A stretch of 64,000 nucleotides of DNA from Spirulina sp. (GTDB lineage Bacteria > Cyanobacteriota > Cyanobacteriia > Phormidesmidales > Phormidesmidaceae), in contig JBIPSI010000002.1 of NCBI GenBank assembly GCA_044070495.1, forward strand, positions 32,001 through 96,000, written 5' to 3'. Below are positions 27,778 to 37,462 of the stretch, piece by piece. Below the pieces are notes generated by a model that was not told the origin of the DNA, did no database searches, and saw only the letters and a program-made list of their open reading frames with translations. The first letter of the stretch is position 1; each line of letters begins with the position of its first letter. Both the position numbers and the translations under genes were made by a program.

Positions 27778-28419
27778 CTAGTAATACCAGTCAGGGTAAA
27801 CCGTAACTGGAGTCTCATCGCCAAAGGTCTGCAAAACTTGATGCACCTGTTGCTGCATGGCCCGATTTTGCACCCCAATTTCCTGAACTAGCTCCCAGGG
27901 CAGTTGTTCAAACACCAAAAATTCGGCCTGTCGCTTACATTTACGGTTAGGGTCGTCATTGGTGTCGGCCCAGTATTTAGAGCGCATCACCTCCCAATCG
28001 ATGACATGCTCTAGCAGATCAGTATCGTCATAAAAATCAGCGTAGGCCATCACGGCATGGCCATCGGTAAAGGCGTAGGGGCAGTCTGTTGCGGTGATCG
28101 CCTCTACCGTGGTTACGAGATGAAGGATGGCCCCTTGTCCGCCTTGGTAGGCCGAAACAGTACCGCAATGAATGGCGTACAACATAGGTGAGCGAGGGGC
28201 AAAGTAGAAGGGCACGTAGTCGTGCAGATACCCACCAGCCCCGCAGGGGACAACTCTCCTGGCGCGACGGTCTTGGATGTTGCCGTAGGAGATATCTTGA
28301 AACGCTGCGCCTTGCCGCTGAAGCTGGCTATTGGCCAACAGCCCCCCAGCCTGGAGGATGGGGCCGAGATTACCAACATGGGTGATGTGAAACAAACGGG
28401 TTGGCATGGCTAGACGCAT
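27778..28419 (-). CDS. darT: DarT DNA ADP-ribosyltransferase toxin (DUF4433)
   Basis: FHITHVGNL..IL..GGL, IQDRRA, LHDYVPFYFAPRSPMLY, FTDGHA, KRQAEFLV (catalytic Glu), terminal WYY; start 28419 or 28407. Confidence 0.92.
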   Translation of the reverse strand: MRLAMPTRLFHITHVGNLGPILQAGGLLANSQLQRQGAAFQDISYGNIQDRRARRVVPCGAGGYLHDYVPFYFAPRSPMLYAIHCGTVSAYQGGQGAILHLVTTVEAITATDCPYAFTDGHAVMAYADFYDDTDLLEHVIDWEVMRSKYWADTNDDPNRKCKRQAEFLVFEQLPWELVQEIGVQNRAMQQQVHQVLQTFGDETPVTVYPDWYY

Positions 28420-28431
28420 CCATGATTCAGT

Positions 28432-30102
28432 CTAGGGTTCCTCGGTTGTCCCAGGCTTGTTACCATCAGCCGCCAGTAACTCATCTAGCTTGGCCTGCAC
28501 TTTTGCCGCATCGGGGGAACTGACCTGCTGAAAAATGGCCAGCGCCTCCTGTAACAAGGGCACCGCTGCTGACTTGTCACCTCGGTGATCTGCTAACAGT
28601 TCTCCATACTTCCACAGGGTTTGAGCTTCACTCCAAACACTGCCCACCCGCCGACAGGTTACCAGTGCCTGCTGATAGAGCGCAATGGCCTCTGCAATCT
28701 CCCTCTGCTTGGCCCTAAGATTTCCTAGCGCCCGCAGCGAAACGACCGTGGCCTGAGCATTCTCGATCCGCTCACATATCTCTAGGGACTGCTGGAGTAG
28801 GTCGATAGCCTCTACTAACTCACCCTGTTGGTCTTTGAGTATAGCGAGTTGCTGCAACGAACCTACTTTGCCTTGGTCATTTTCAACTCGTTCACAGAGT
28901 ATGAGAGAACGCTGGCACAGAGCAATCGCCTCCACCACCTCACCCTGTTTGCTCTTGAAAATTGCAAGTCCCTCCAACAAATTTGCCCTGTCAGAGTCAT
29001 TCCCGATCCGCTCATAGATCGCAAGAGCCTGCTGGCATAGGTCGATGGCTTCTGCTACTCTTCCTTGATAGCCGATGAGAACTGCTTGGTATTGCAGCGT
29101 TATAGCCAAGAGATACTCATCAATACCCCGATTCAGTCTAATGGCTTCGTTGAGACTCTGAGCGGCGGCATCGCTATTGCCTATCCTGTAGGCTACATAC
29201 CCTTGCCGATTTAGGTAATTGATTCTAATACGGACATCGGCGGTGGTTTCTGGCGACCAAGTCGGCAGCGAGAAAATGGGAGCCACCCGACTGAGGGCTT
29301 CTTTCGCTTTTGGAAACTCTCCGGCAAATAGGTGAACCTGGCCCAGTTCAGTTAGGGCTTTGGCGGCGATGCGGAGGTCATCTTTGGGGCAGTCGGCAGT
29401 TTGGGGATCAAATTCTTGGGCCAGTTGTTCTAAAAGTGTGATACGTTCTTGGCGTTCTAGGCGATTGAGGCTACCCAGAATTTTGTTGGCATGGAGGCCG
29501 CGAATATAGGCATTATCGGTGCTGGTTTGGGTGCTGAGAATTCTGAATACTCCAGATTTCCAGCTCCAGAAATCTGGGGCAAATTGGATGAGGCGGTTGA
29601 TGGCGTAGCTGGGCAGGCACAGCAGCACCGGATAGGGCACAGAATTGATCCAGGTATCGCGGACAAAGTTGAGGTCTTGCAGCAGAGGGGGATAGTCGCC
29701 AAACAGGCCGATGGCGTTTTCTAGCCCTCGCACCAGGATGACCTTTTTGCGTTCCAACAGGGTAGAAATAGGGGACGGTAACTGTTGAATGCGGTCTTCT
29801 AGGGCATCTTTTAAAAATCGCAGATTAGGGTCATCCAAAATGAAGGTATGGAACTCCATTTGGGCGCAGTCTGGGCGGGCTTGCAGGGCCTTGAGGACGG
29901 CATCGAAATCGGAGGTGAAATTGATTTCTAAAAAACCTAGGGTAAAGCCCTCGGCAAAGTCGATAAAGCGGGCCAGTTCGTCTAGGGTTTCGGTATTTTG
30001 GGCCATCCAGGGGCTAACGTCCCTCGGATCAGGGGCCGGGGTATCTACGGGTGGGGCCGCAGCCTGGGAGGATCGGCGATTAAAGAAGTTGTTCCAGGGC
30101 AT
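28432..30102 (-). CDS. TPR-repeat protein with a degenerate NTPase-like N-terminal domain
   Basis: N-terminal ILVRGLE...LNFVRD...APDFWSW segment with no Walker A; about five 40-aa repeats (QGxxxEAIxLxQQ/RxLxIxERI). Confidence 0.8.
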   Translation of the reverse strand: MPWNNFFNRRSSQAAAPPVDTPAPDPRDVSPWMAQNTETLDELARFIDFAEGFTLGFLEINFTSDFDAVLKALQARPDCAQMEFHTFILDDPNLRFLKDALEDRIQQLPSPISTLLERKKVILVRGLENAIGLFGDYPPLLQDLNFVRDTWINSVPYPVLLCLPSYAINRLIQFAPDFWSWKSGVFRILSTQTSTDNAYIRGLHANKILGSLNRLERQERITLLEQLAQEFDPQTADCPKDDLRIAAKALTELGQVHLFAGEFPKAKEALSRVAPIFSLPTWSPETTADVRIRINYLNRQGYVAYRIGNSDAAAQSLNEAIRLNRGIDEYLLAITLQYQAVLIGYQGRVAEAIDLCQQALAIYERIGNDSDRANLLEGLAIFKSKQGEVVEAIALCQRSLILCERVENDQGKVGSLQQLAILKDQQGELVEAIDLLQQSLEICERIENAQATVVSLRALGNLRAKQREIAEAIALYQQALVTCRRVGSVWSEAQTLWKYGELLADHRGDKSAAVPLLQEALAIFQQVSSPDAAKVQAKLDELLAADGNKPGTTEEP

Positions 30103-31426
30103 GGATTTGCCTCACCAGGGGGTTAACGTAGAGCCAGCGCTGGGCGGAATCGTCCGCCTGTTCGTATTCCAAGACCGTGATGTTGAACAGCATGGATTTT
30201 AGGGTGGCCTCTAGTTCGGCCTGGTTGGGCATGGCCTTGGTGCGGCACACCTGGGCCAAAATCGGGTAGTGCTCTTGGGGAATAAACCGCTCGAAGTTGT
30301 TTTTCTCCTTGGCGGCAGCCTTGGCCACATCGGCACGGGTAATGTTGCCCTTCGCCAGCAAGCAGGTGTCGCGCATTAGGTGCATCAGTTGGCGCACATG
30401 GCCGCCGCTCAGCTTTACCAAATCCATTAGGGCTTCCGGTTCGGCAAAGAGGGCGGCGGTGTCTACCCGTTGCTCAATAATCTTCGCCATGGCCGCCAGC
30501 CCTGCCTCGTCGTAGTCTAGGGTGGGCTGGGCTGGGTCGTAGCGGTAGATATTCACCATCGGCATCACATTCAGATTGCCAAAGGTGTTGCTGTAGTTGG
30601 CCCCAGCGGAGATGACGGAAATGGGCACGGTGTAGACGATGACCGTTTGCAATTCCCGCAGTTGGTTGGCGTATTTCAAAAACAGATGTTCGCCTACTTC
30701 TGGGGGCACTCGATCTAGGTTGTCGAAAATCAGCAGAAAACCCTTGCAATTGGGCCGCTTGGTGATGATTTTCTCCGTGGCATCCTTCAGCAGGGCGTTG
30801 GTGTTGGCTTGCAGTTGGGAAAAGCTTTGCTGAAGGCTTTCCCTCACCTTGCGCTTGTAGGTGTCGGATCCCTTAATCTGGCTCAGCAGTTTGGCGGCTA
30901 ACCTTCCTATCAGGGGAATCTGTACCCCCGCCTCGGCTTCGGTGCTTAGGGAAACCGACTTTTCGACGCTTTGCTCGGTTTCCCCGGTAATTTCTTTAAA
31001 CCAATCCCAAAAGGCTTTGCTGAGCTTGGGATCGGGACTGAGTTCCCACTCCTTCATCTTCTCGGTGATGCGCTGGATAATGACCAGGTAAATGTCTTTG
31101 TAGTCGGCATCGTTGATGTCGAGTTCGTCGGTGGCCACCACGTAGATAATTTCGTAGCTCAGCGCCCACTGACGCTCTAGGCGGCGCAGTTCCGTGCTTT
31201 TGCCGCAGCCACGATGGCCCGTAAACAGAATCGCCGCTGACTCTTTGGCTTCCAAGTAGTCCAGTTCACGGTTTACCCCTGCAATGGCCACTTCGTTACG
31301 CACCGCCGACAGGTCAACTCGATAGCGGTCTAGGTCGGCCCCGGTCAAGGCTCCGAGGTTGCAGACCCGAAAGGCTTGTTTGAGGGTGGTGGCCCGCCCC
31401 TGGGGCAAGGGTGAATCCATGGTCAT
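30080..31426 (-). CDS. P-loop AAA+/STAND-like ATPase
   Basis: Walker A GHRGCGKSTE, Walker B LLIFDNLDR, SGGHVRQL, C-terminal VNPLV; overlaps the TPR gene by 23 bp; start 31426 (alternative GTG 31495). Confidence 0.85.
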   Translation of the reverse strand: MTMDSPLPQGRATTLKQAFRVCNLGALTGADLDRYRVDLSAVRNEVAIAGVNRELDYLEAKESAAILFTGHRGCGKSTELRRLERQWALSYEIIYVVATDELDINDADYKDIYLVIIQRITEKMKEWELSPDPKLSKAFWDWFKEITGETEQSVEKSVSLSTEAEAGVQIPLIGRLAAKLLSQIKGSDTYKRKVRESLQQSFSQLQANTNALLKDATEKIITKRPNCKGFLLIFDNLDRVPPEVGEHLFLKYANQLRELQTVIVYTVPISVISAGANYSNTFGNLNVMPMVNIYRYDPAQPTLDYDEAGLAAMAKIIEQRVDTAALFAEPEALMDLVKLSGGHVRQLMHLMRDTCLLAKGNITRADVAKAAAKEKNNFERFIPQEHYPILAQVCRTKAMPNQAELEATLKSMLFNITVLEYEQADDSAQRWLYVNPLVRQIHALEQLL

Positions 31427-31510
31427 TGCCGTTAACCGTTGGGCTATGGATTCTAGGGTATCGGTTTCTTCGACCGATGACCCAGATCTTGACACACCAA
31501 AGTGTCAAAG

Positions 31511-32704
31511 TCAGGGTTTGGGCTGGTTCACCAGGCGCAGGCGGGAGCGGCGGGGCAGGGGCAAGGTAACAGGATCGTCGGCATGGATTTCGCGGGCGGC
31601 GCGTACCAGCAGGGCGGCGGTGGCTAAGCTTGCCACCATGGAACTGCCGCCGTAGCTGACTAGGGGAAAGGGTAATCCTGTGGTGGGCAACACGCCGCTG
31701 GCTACGCCAATGTTGAGCAATGACTGCCCCACCAGCAGCACCATGGATCCAATGGCCACCAGTTTATGCAGGGGATGGGTGACCCGTAGGGCTACGATGA
31801 GCGCCACAGTGGCATAGATGGCCAAGAAGCTGAGCAGCAGTACCCCGCCGATGAAGCCAAACTCCTCGGCGTAGACCGCAAAGATAAAGTCGGTGTATTG
31901 GATGGGCAGGGAGTAGAGCTTTTGTTGGGAAAGGCCAAAGCCCTGGCCCCAAAGCCCACCGGAACCAATAGCCAGCAGGCTTTGGATGAGCTGATAGCCC
32001 TGATCGCCAGGGTCAGCCCAGGGGTTGAGGAAGGAGATAATCCGTTGGCGTTGGTAGGTTTTGAGGCTGACGCTGAGGGTAGCGGTGGCCAAGCCGCTAA
32101 AGGCCGCCAAACCTACGTAGCTGTAGGGTAAACCTGCTGCTAAGGCAATCAGCCAGAGGGTGAGGCCGCAGATGGCCGCTGTACTCAGGTTGGGCTGAAG
32201 CAGAATGGCGGCTAAAATCGCCACAAAAATCCCTAGCCAGGTGAGGCGGTTGCGCCAGGTGAGCTGATCCCAACGGCCAAACAATCGTGCCCCTTGGAGC
32301 ACCAAGCAGGGCTTCAGCAACTCCGAAGGCTGGATCATAAACGGCCCCAGGGGCAGCCAGCGGGTGGCTCCGTTTACCGTTACCCCCAGGGCTGGAACTA
32401 GGGTGAGCAACACCAGACCAAACAGCACTATCAGCACTAGGCCCGCCCCCCGCAGCAGTCGATCTAGGGGCGTGTGGACAATGCGGTTGAAGATCACTAG
32501 GCCCACCGTCACCCACATCATCTGCACGAGAACGTAGTGCAGCCCGTGGCCCTGCTCTGTGATGGAAACGGCGTAGGAAGCGGAAAACAGGATCAGCAGC
32601 CCGAAGCCCAGCCACAGGAAGGTGAGCCAACGCAGCCAGCGGGCCTCCGCCGACCATTCGGCCACGGTGGGATCGAGCCAGGGAATAACGTGCGTGAGTT
32701 TCAA
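31511..32704 (-). CDS. ftsW: SEDS-family peptidoglycan polymerase FtsW
   Basis: NGATRW, IQPSELLK, LLQPNLST, GYQLIQS, LPIQYTDFIF, PTTGLPFPLVSYGGSS; probable TTG start 32704. Confidence 0.88.
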   Translation of the reverse strand: MKLTHVIPWLDPTVAEWSAEARWLRWLTFLWLGFGLLILFSASYAVSITEQGHGLHYVLVQMMWVTVGLVIFNRIVHTPLDRLLRGAGLVLIVLFGLVLLTLVPALGVTVNGATRWLPLGPFMIQPSELLKPCLVLQGARLFGRWDQLTWRNRLTWLGIFVAILAAILLQPNLSTAAICGLTLWLIALAAGLPYSYVGLAAFSGLATATLSVSLKTYQRQRIISFLNPWADPGDQGYQLIQSLLAIGSGGLWGQGFGLSQQKLYSLPIQYTDFIFAVYAEEFGFIGGVLLLSFLAIYATVALIVALRVTHPLHKLVAIGSMVLLVGQSLLNIGVASGVLPTTGLPFPLVSYGGSSMVASLATAALLVRAAREIHADDPVTLPLPRRSRLRLVNQPKP

Positions 32705-32836
32705 CCGAAGATCCCTCAGTAATGGGCTAGGTGGGGTGGGCTGGATGGGCTGATGGGGATGGGCAACCCAAATTTTCAGGGTCAGTATAGCCGAGGAACC
32801 GCTGAACGACACAGAATTTCCCGGAACCGTGGGTAA

Positions 32837-32902
32837 AGAAACCCGGCTTCTCGGCTATACAGCCCACGATCTCGCAGGTAGCCAGCCAGCAACCGGGGTT
32901 TT
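32837..32902. repeat. Degenerate REPIN-like AGAAACC(C/G)GGTTTCT doublet
   Basis: AGAAACCCGGCTTCT (32837-32851) and AGCAACCGGGGTTTT (32888-32902). Confidence 0.55.
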
Positions 32903-32922
32903 CGCCCCAGGACACCGATGGC

Positions 32923-34512
32923 CTAGGCGGTTTCCGCCATCCGATCCGGCAGTCCCTCCAGGAGGGGGGCTAGGTCTTGCTTGAGCTGGCCAGCCCGGAT
33001 AAATTCGGCATAGGTGTCGGCCTCAATGGCCAGCAGTTCTTCCCGCAGTTGTTCCGAGGCGTAGCGCTGGATTTCGGGGTGTTTATGCTCCAGATCGACG
33101 AGGTTTTCCTGGACTTCCTTCAGTTGTCCGGCCACCAAAGCCCGCTGATAGCCGACAAATTCCGGGTCAAATTCCTGATTATCCTGAATTTCATCGAGGC
33201 GTTGCAGCACTCGCGTCAGGGCCACCCGCTGGGCGCTCATCTGCTGATATTCCACCCGTAGGGGCTGGTCGCCTAGGAGGTTGAGGGCCTCTAGGAGCGG
33301 TTTAGTGGTCAAGCCCTGCACCAGCAAGGTAAACAGCATCACCCCAAATACCACGCCGATCACTTCCTGCCGTTCGCCCAACACCGCTGGCACACTCAGG
33401 GCCAGGGCCACCGACACCGATCCCCGCAGCCCGCCCCACCAGAGGACGGTTTGCCCCGCCAGCGGCAGATCCATCTCTGGCCCCGTGACGGCATTACTGA
33501 GGGCACCCAGGCCGTAGACGCTGATGGCACGGGCGATCACCATAATCACAATGGCGACAAAAATCTTGTCGAGGTTGGCCATCAGCCCCGCAAACTGCAC
33601 CTGGTCGCCAATCAGCAAAAAGACGATGGAATTGATGAAAAACGACACAAACTCCCAAAATTCCGATACCACCAGGCGGGTACGGGGGTTCATGCCGATG
33701 CGGGAGCCAAAATTGCCTAAAATCAGCCCCGTGGTGACCACAGCGATCACCCCGGATCCGCCCAATTCCTCCGCCACCAAGTAGGTGCCGTAGGCCGATA
33801 CTAGGGTAAGGGACTGCTCCACTAGGGGAATATCAAAGCGCTGGGTGAGGAAGGAAATACCAAAGCCAATCAGCCCACCAATGCTGATCCCCACCCCCAC
33901 AAACACCAGGAATCGGGCCACGGTTACCGCCGCATCCAACGGTTCTAGTCCCAGGGCCAAGCCCAGCAGCAGGTTGAAGGCTACCACCGCCACGCCGTCG
34001 TTAAATAGGCTCTCCCCCTCCATAATCGTGGTGAGCTTTTTATCGACGCCCAACTCCCGGAACAGCGCCACCACCGACACCGGATCCGTGGCCGATAGAC
34101 TAGCCCCCACCAGCAAAGCCGTCGCCAGGGATGCCCCGGCAAAGGTTTGCAACCCCCACACCAAACTGCCCACGCAGATCACCACGCCGAAGATGGCATA
34201 GAGCACCACGGGCACCGCATACTGCTTCAGCTTTTGCCAGTTCAGGTTCCAGGCGGCCTCAAACAGCAGCGGCGGCAAAAAGATAAAGAGAATCAACTGG
34301 GGCGACAGGTTAATCAGCCGCACATCCACCAGGGCCAGCCCCAGGCCCACCAGCAGCAACAGCAGGGTATAGGGGATATTTCGCAGCACGCTAAACATGC
34401 GCGACAGGGTGGCTACCCCCAGGGAAACCGACAGCACCAGGCAAAATTGGCGCAGATGGGCCTCAATACTGGGATCCTCCAGCATCGATTCAACGGCAAG
34501 TAAAAGACTCAT
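32923..34512 (-). CDS. nhaS1: CPA1-family Na+/H+ antiporter NhaS1
   Basis: QFCLVLSVSLGVATLS, IPYTLLL, FLPPLLFEAA, ATDPVSV, EGESLFNDG, GGLRG; long soluble C-terminal tail. Confidence 0.85.
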   Translation of the reverse strand: MSLLLAVESMLEDPSIEAHLRQFCLVLSVSLGVATLSRMFSVLRNIPYTLLLLLVGLGLALVDVRLINLSPQLILFIFLPPLLFEAAWNLNWQKLKQYAVPVVLYAIFGVVICVGSLVWGLQTFAGASLATALLVGASLSATDPVSVVALFRELGVDKKLTTIMEGESLFNDGVAVVAFNLLLGLALGLEPLDAAVTVARFLVFVGVGISIGGLIGFGISFLTQRFDIPLVEQSLTLVSAYGTYLVAEELGGSGVIAVVTTGLILGNFGSRIGMNPRTRLVVSEFWEFVSFFINSIVFLLIGDQVQFAGLMANLDKIFVAIVIMVIARAISVYGLGALSNAVTGPEMDLPLAGQTVLWWGGLRGSVSVALALSVPAVLGERQEVIGVVFGVMLFTLLVQGLTTKPLLEALNLLGDQPLRVEYQQMSAQRVALTRVLQRLDEIQDNQEFDPEFVGYQRALVAGQLKEVQENLVDLEHKHPEIQRYASEQLREELLAIEADTYAEFIRAGQLKQDLAPLLEGLPDRMAETA

Positions 34513-34731
34513 AGGGTCAGCGTCCTGAGGTAAACAGCCAGGGTCACAGTTCTACCCACCAGCACCAAGGGCAGGCACAGGCAAGATAGACCACACCTAG
34601 GGGATTCGGCAACCCCCTAGGATGACGGGCGGCTACGGGCCTGCGGATTGAGGAGGTCTTTCGGGACAAACCTCAGGACGCTGGCCCAGATTTGTCCTTG
34701 GGGATTGACCCAGAGGATTGACCCAGGGCAT

Positions 34732-36084
34732 CTACCGCATGGTGACGAACTCTTCGGCGGAACTGGGGTGGATGGCGATGGTGGCATCGAAGTCGGCCTT
34801 GGTGGCTCCCATCTGCACGGCAATGGCCACGCCCTGGATGATTTCGGCGGCGTAGTCCCCTACCATGTGCGCCCCCAATACCTTATCGGTGGGCTGGTGA
34901 ACAATCAGCTTCATCAGGGTGCGGGCTTCCATGCCGGGGACGCTGTAGTACATGGGCCGGAAGCGGGAGCGGTAGATTTTGATGCTGTCCTCGCCGTACT
35001 TGGCCTTGGCCTGTTCCTCGGTCATCCCCACGGTGCCCATTTCGGGGGTGGTGAAGACGGCGGTGGGCACAATGGCGTGGCTCATCAGGCCCGGTTTGTT
35101 GCCAAATTCGGTATCGGCAAAGATGCGTCCTTCCTTGATGGCCACGGGGGTAAGGTTCACCCGGTCGGTGACATCGCCCACGGCGAAAATGTGGGGCACG
35201 GCGGTACGGTGGTGTTCGTCTACGGCGATGGCTCCGTGGTGGATTTCAACGCCTGTGTTCTCTAGGCCAAGACCCTGAACGTTGGGGCGGCGTCCGGTGG
35301 CGGCAAGGCTGACGGCATCGGCTAGGATGTGCTCCTGCTTTTCGGGGGTGGCGATGGTGACATCCACCCCGGCCTCGGTTTTGTGGATGGCGATCAGTTC
35401 GCAGTGGGTCATCAGGGTGATGCCCTGCTGGGTCATGGCGTTTTGAATTTCGGTCCGCAGTTCTTCGTCAAAGCCGCGCAGAATTTTGTCGCCCCGCACC
35501 ACCTGCACCACTTCGGTACCCAGGCCGTTGAGAATACAGGCAAACTCGCTGCCGATGTAGCCGCCGCCCAGGATCACCACCCGCTTGGGCTGCTGGGGCA
35601 GGTGAAAAATGTCATCGGAGGTGATGGTGTATTCAATGCCGGGAACATCGGGCTTGACGGGCTTGCCCCCCACGGCAATCAGAATTTTTTCGGCGGTGAC
35701 TTTCTGATTGCCCACCTCCAAGGTGTGCTCATCCACAAAGCGGGCATAGTGCGGAAAGAGTTGCACCGAAGACTTGTCCAGCATGGTGCCGTAGATGCCG
35801 TTGAGGCGGGTGACTTCGGTATCCAGCGCCTTAACCAGGGTGGGCCAGTCAAAATGGCGATCCCCCACCGTCCAGCCATAGCCAGCGGCGGCCTCAAACT
35901 GGTCGGGGAAATGGGAGGCATAGACCATCAGCTTTTTGGGCACACAGCCCCGGTTCACACAGGTTCCCCCCAAGCGTCCGGCCTCGGCAAGGCCCACCTT
36001 GGCCCCATACTCGGCGGCTCGACGGGCGGCGGCAATGCCCCCGGATCCGCCCCCGATCACAAATAAATCAAAATCATAGGCCAT
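34732..36084 (-). CDS. gor: Glutathione-disulfide reductase
   Basis: GGGSGG, GGTCVNRGCVPKK, GGGYIG, C-terminal HPSSAEEFVTMR. Confidence 0.95.
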   Translation of the reverse strand: MAYDFDLFVIGGGSGGIAAARRAAEYGAKVGLAEAGRLGGTCVNRGCVPKKLMVYASHFPDQFEAAAGYGWTVGDRHFDWPTLVKALDTEVTRLNGIYGTMLDKSSVQLFPHYARFVDEHTLEVGNQKVTAEKILIAVGGKPVKPDVPGIEYTITSDDIFHLPQQPKRVVILGGGYIGSEFACILNGLGTEVVQVVRGDKILRGFDEELRTEIQNAMTQQGITLMTHCELIAIHKTEAGVDVTIATPEKQEHILADAVSLAATGRRPNVQGLGLENTGVEIHHGAIAVDEHHRTAVPHIFAVGDVTDRVNLTPVAIKEGRIFADTEFGNKPGLMSHAIVPTAVFTTPEMGTVGMTEEQAKAKYGEDSIKIYRSRFRPMYYSVPGMEARTLMKLIVHQPTDKVLGAHMVGDYAAEIIQGVAIAVQMGATKADFDATIAIHPSSAEEFVTMR

Positions 36085-36250
36085 GGTTCTATCCCCCTGG
36101 TTGGTCACACTATTTCCTAGTGTATCGAGGTTGAGCAAACCCTATGGGTTGAATGAATCACAAATTTGATGGAGTTGGGAATCGGGGTTGCCTCGTTGAA
36201 ATGGGGTAGGAATGCGGTCTGAAGGTGAATGTGGTTGAGGCCGTCGAGCC

Positions 36251-37417
36251 TTAATTCGGCACAATTTCTGTAACCACTTGGCCACCGTTATTCTGGCCGC
36301 CATCCACCACAAAGGTGCCCTCCTGCAAGCGGCCAATCCCCCGACTACCGTTGAGGTTGAGGGCCGGATTGACCTGTTGATAATTCACCCGTCCCTCGGC
36401 CACCAGAATTTGGTCAGGAATCGTCCAGGTGAGTTGATCGGTGGTGAGGCGGGATTGGGGTTGCTGCCGCACCGCCACCACGTCTTGGCTGACGCGAATC
36501 ACCTCGTTGGCCAAATCCATCGCCCCCTGGCGACCCGTTACCACTAGGCCATCGGTAGGACGAGTTAGGGTCAGCGGTTGATTTACATTAATTTGCTCCT
36601 CGGCCACCCGCCACTCCAGCACCTCACTGGTGAGGGTGAGGGGTAACGCGAGGAACTGCATGGTGACCGCCCCCTGAAGGGTAGCCACGTCTTCGGCTAG
36701 ATTCACTTGCCCCCGCTGCCCCTGCACCACCTCAGTAATGGTGGCGTCTTTAAATTGTTCAATGCGCAAGGGCTGAGGGCTGTCGATCATCTCTTGATCC
36801 CAGGACCACAGCAATTGTTGGGCTTGCAGCTTCAGCCAGGGTTCAGTTTTGGGGTCTTCCACCACGGTGTTGGCTACCACATTGCCCAACAGTTCCATGC
36901 GGTTTTCGCGATTGAAGACCCGGAATTCATCCGCCGTGGCCCGCAGTTGGGGATGGGTTCCGGTCACGGCTTGGCGCATTACCAGCACATCTTCCTGGGG
37001 CCGCCATTCCATTTCCTTGCCCCGCAGCACCGCACCGTTTTTAACCCCCGTGGCCACAATATTGCCGCGCAAAATAATGGTGTTGCCGTTGTCGCGCATT
37101 TCCCCGGTGTCGGCAGTGACATTGTAGATCACCTCGCCATCTTGAAAAAGCTCGCCATCGGGGCGGGTAAACATGGCCACGGATCGATCCGGGCTGTAGG
37201 TGGCTTCCTCCGCCTTCACCCGCCACAGTAGAACGCCGTTTTCGTCGGGCTGTTCTAGGGTGACATTCCGCAGGGTAAACTCCGCCTCCACCGATGACTC
37301 CGGTGTATCGGTAGACGGAGGGGGAGCCAAGGGGCCAAGCCCTAGCCAATACATCCCTAACCCAAGAACGGCAGCTACCCCAACCCCCACTGTAATCTGC
37401 TGTTTTTTCCCCATCAT
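36251..37417 (-). CDS. lptC: LPS export periplasmic protein LptC (long cyanobacterial form)
   Basis: N-terminal TM and repeated beta-jellyroll segments (TLEQPDENG.LLWRVKA); lies next to the NYN gene and metG. Confidence 0.75.
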   Translation of the reverse strand: MMGKKQQITVGVGVAAVLGLGMYWLGLGPLAPPPSTDTPESSVEAEFTLRNVTLEQPDENGVLLWRVKAEEATYSPDRSVAMFTRPDGELFQDGEVIYNVTADTGEMRDNGNTIILRGNIVATGVKNGAVLRGKEMEWRPQEDVLVMRQAVTGTHPQLRATADEFRVFNRENRMELLGNVVANTVVEDPKTEPWLKLQAQQLLWSWDQEMIDSPQPLRIEQFKDATITEVVQGQRGQVNLAEDVATLQGAVTMQFLALPLTLTSEVLEWRVAEEQINVNQPLTLTRPTDGLVVTGRQGAMDLANEVIRVSQDVVAVRQQPQSRLTTDQLTWTIPDQILVAEGRVNYQQVNPALNLNGSRGIGRLQEGTFVVDGGQNNGGQVVTEIVPN

Positions 37418-37462
37418 CGTGCCGCTAGGGATAGCCCCGCTCCGAATGCGCCGCTATCTATC

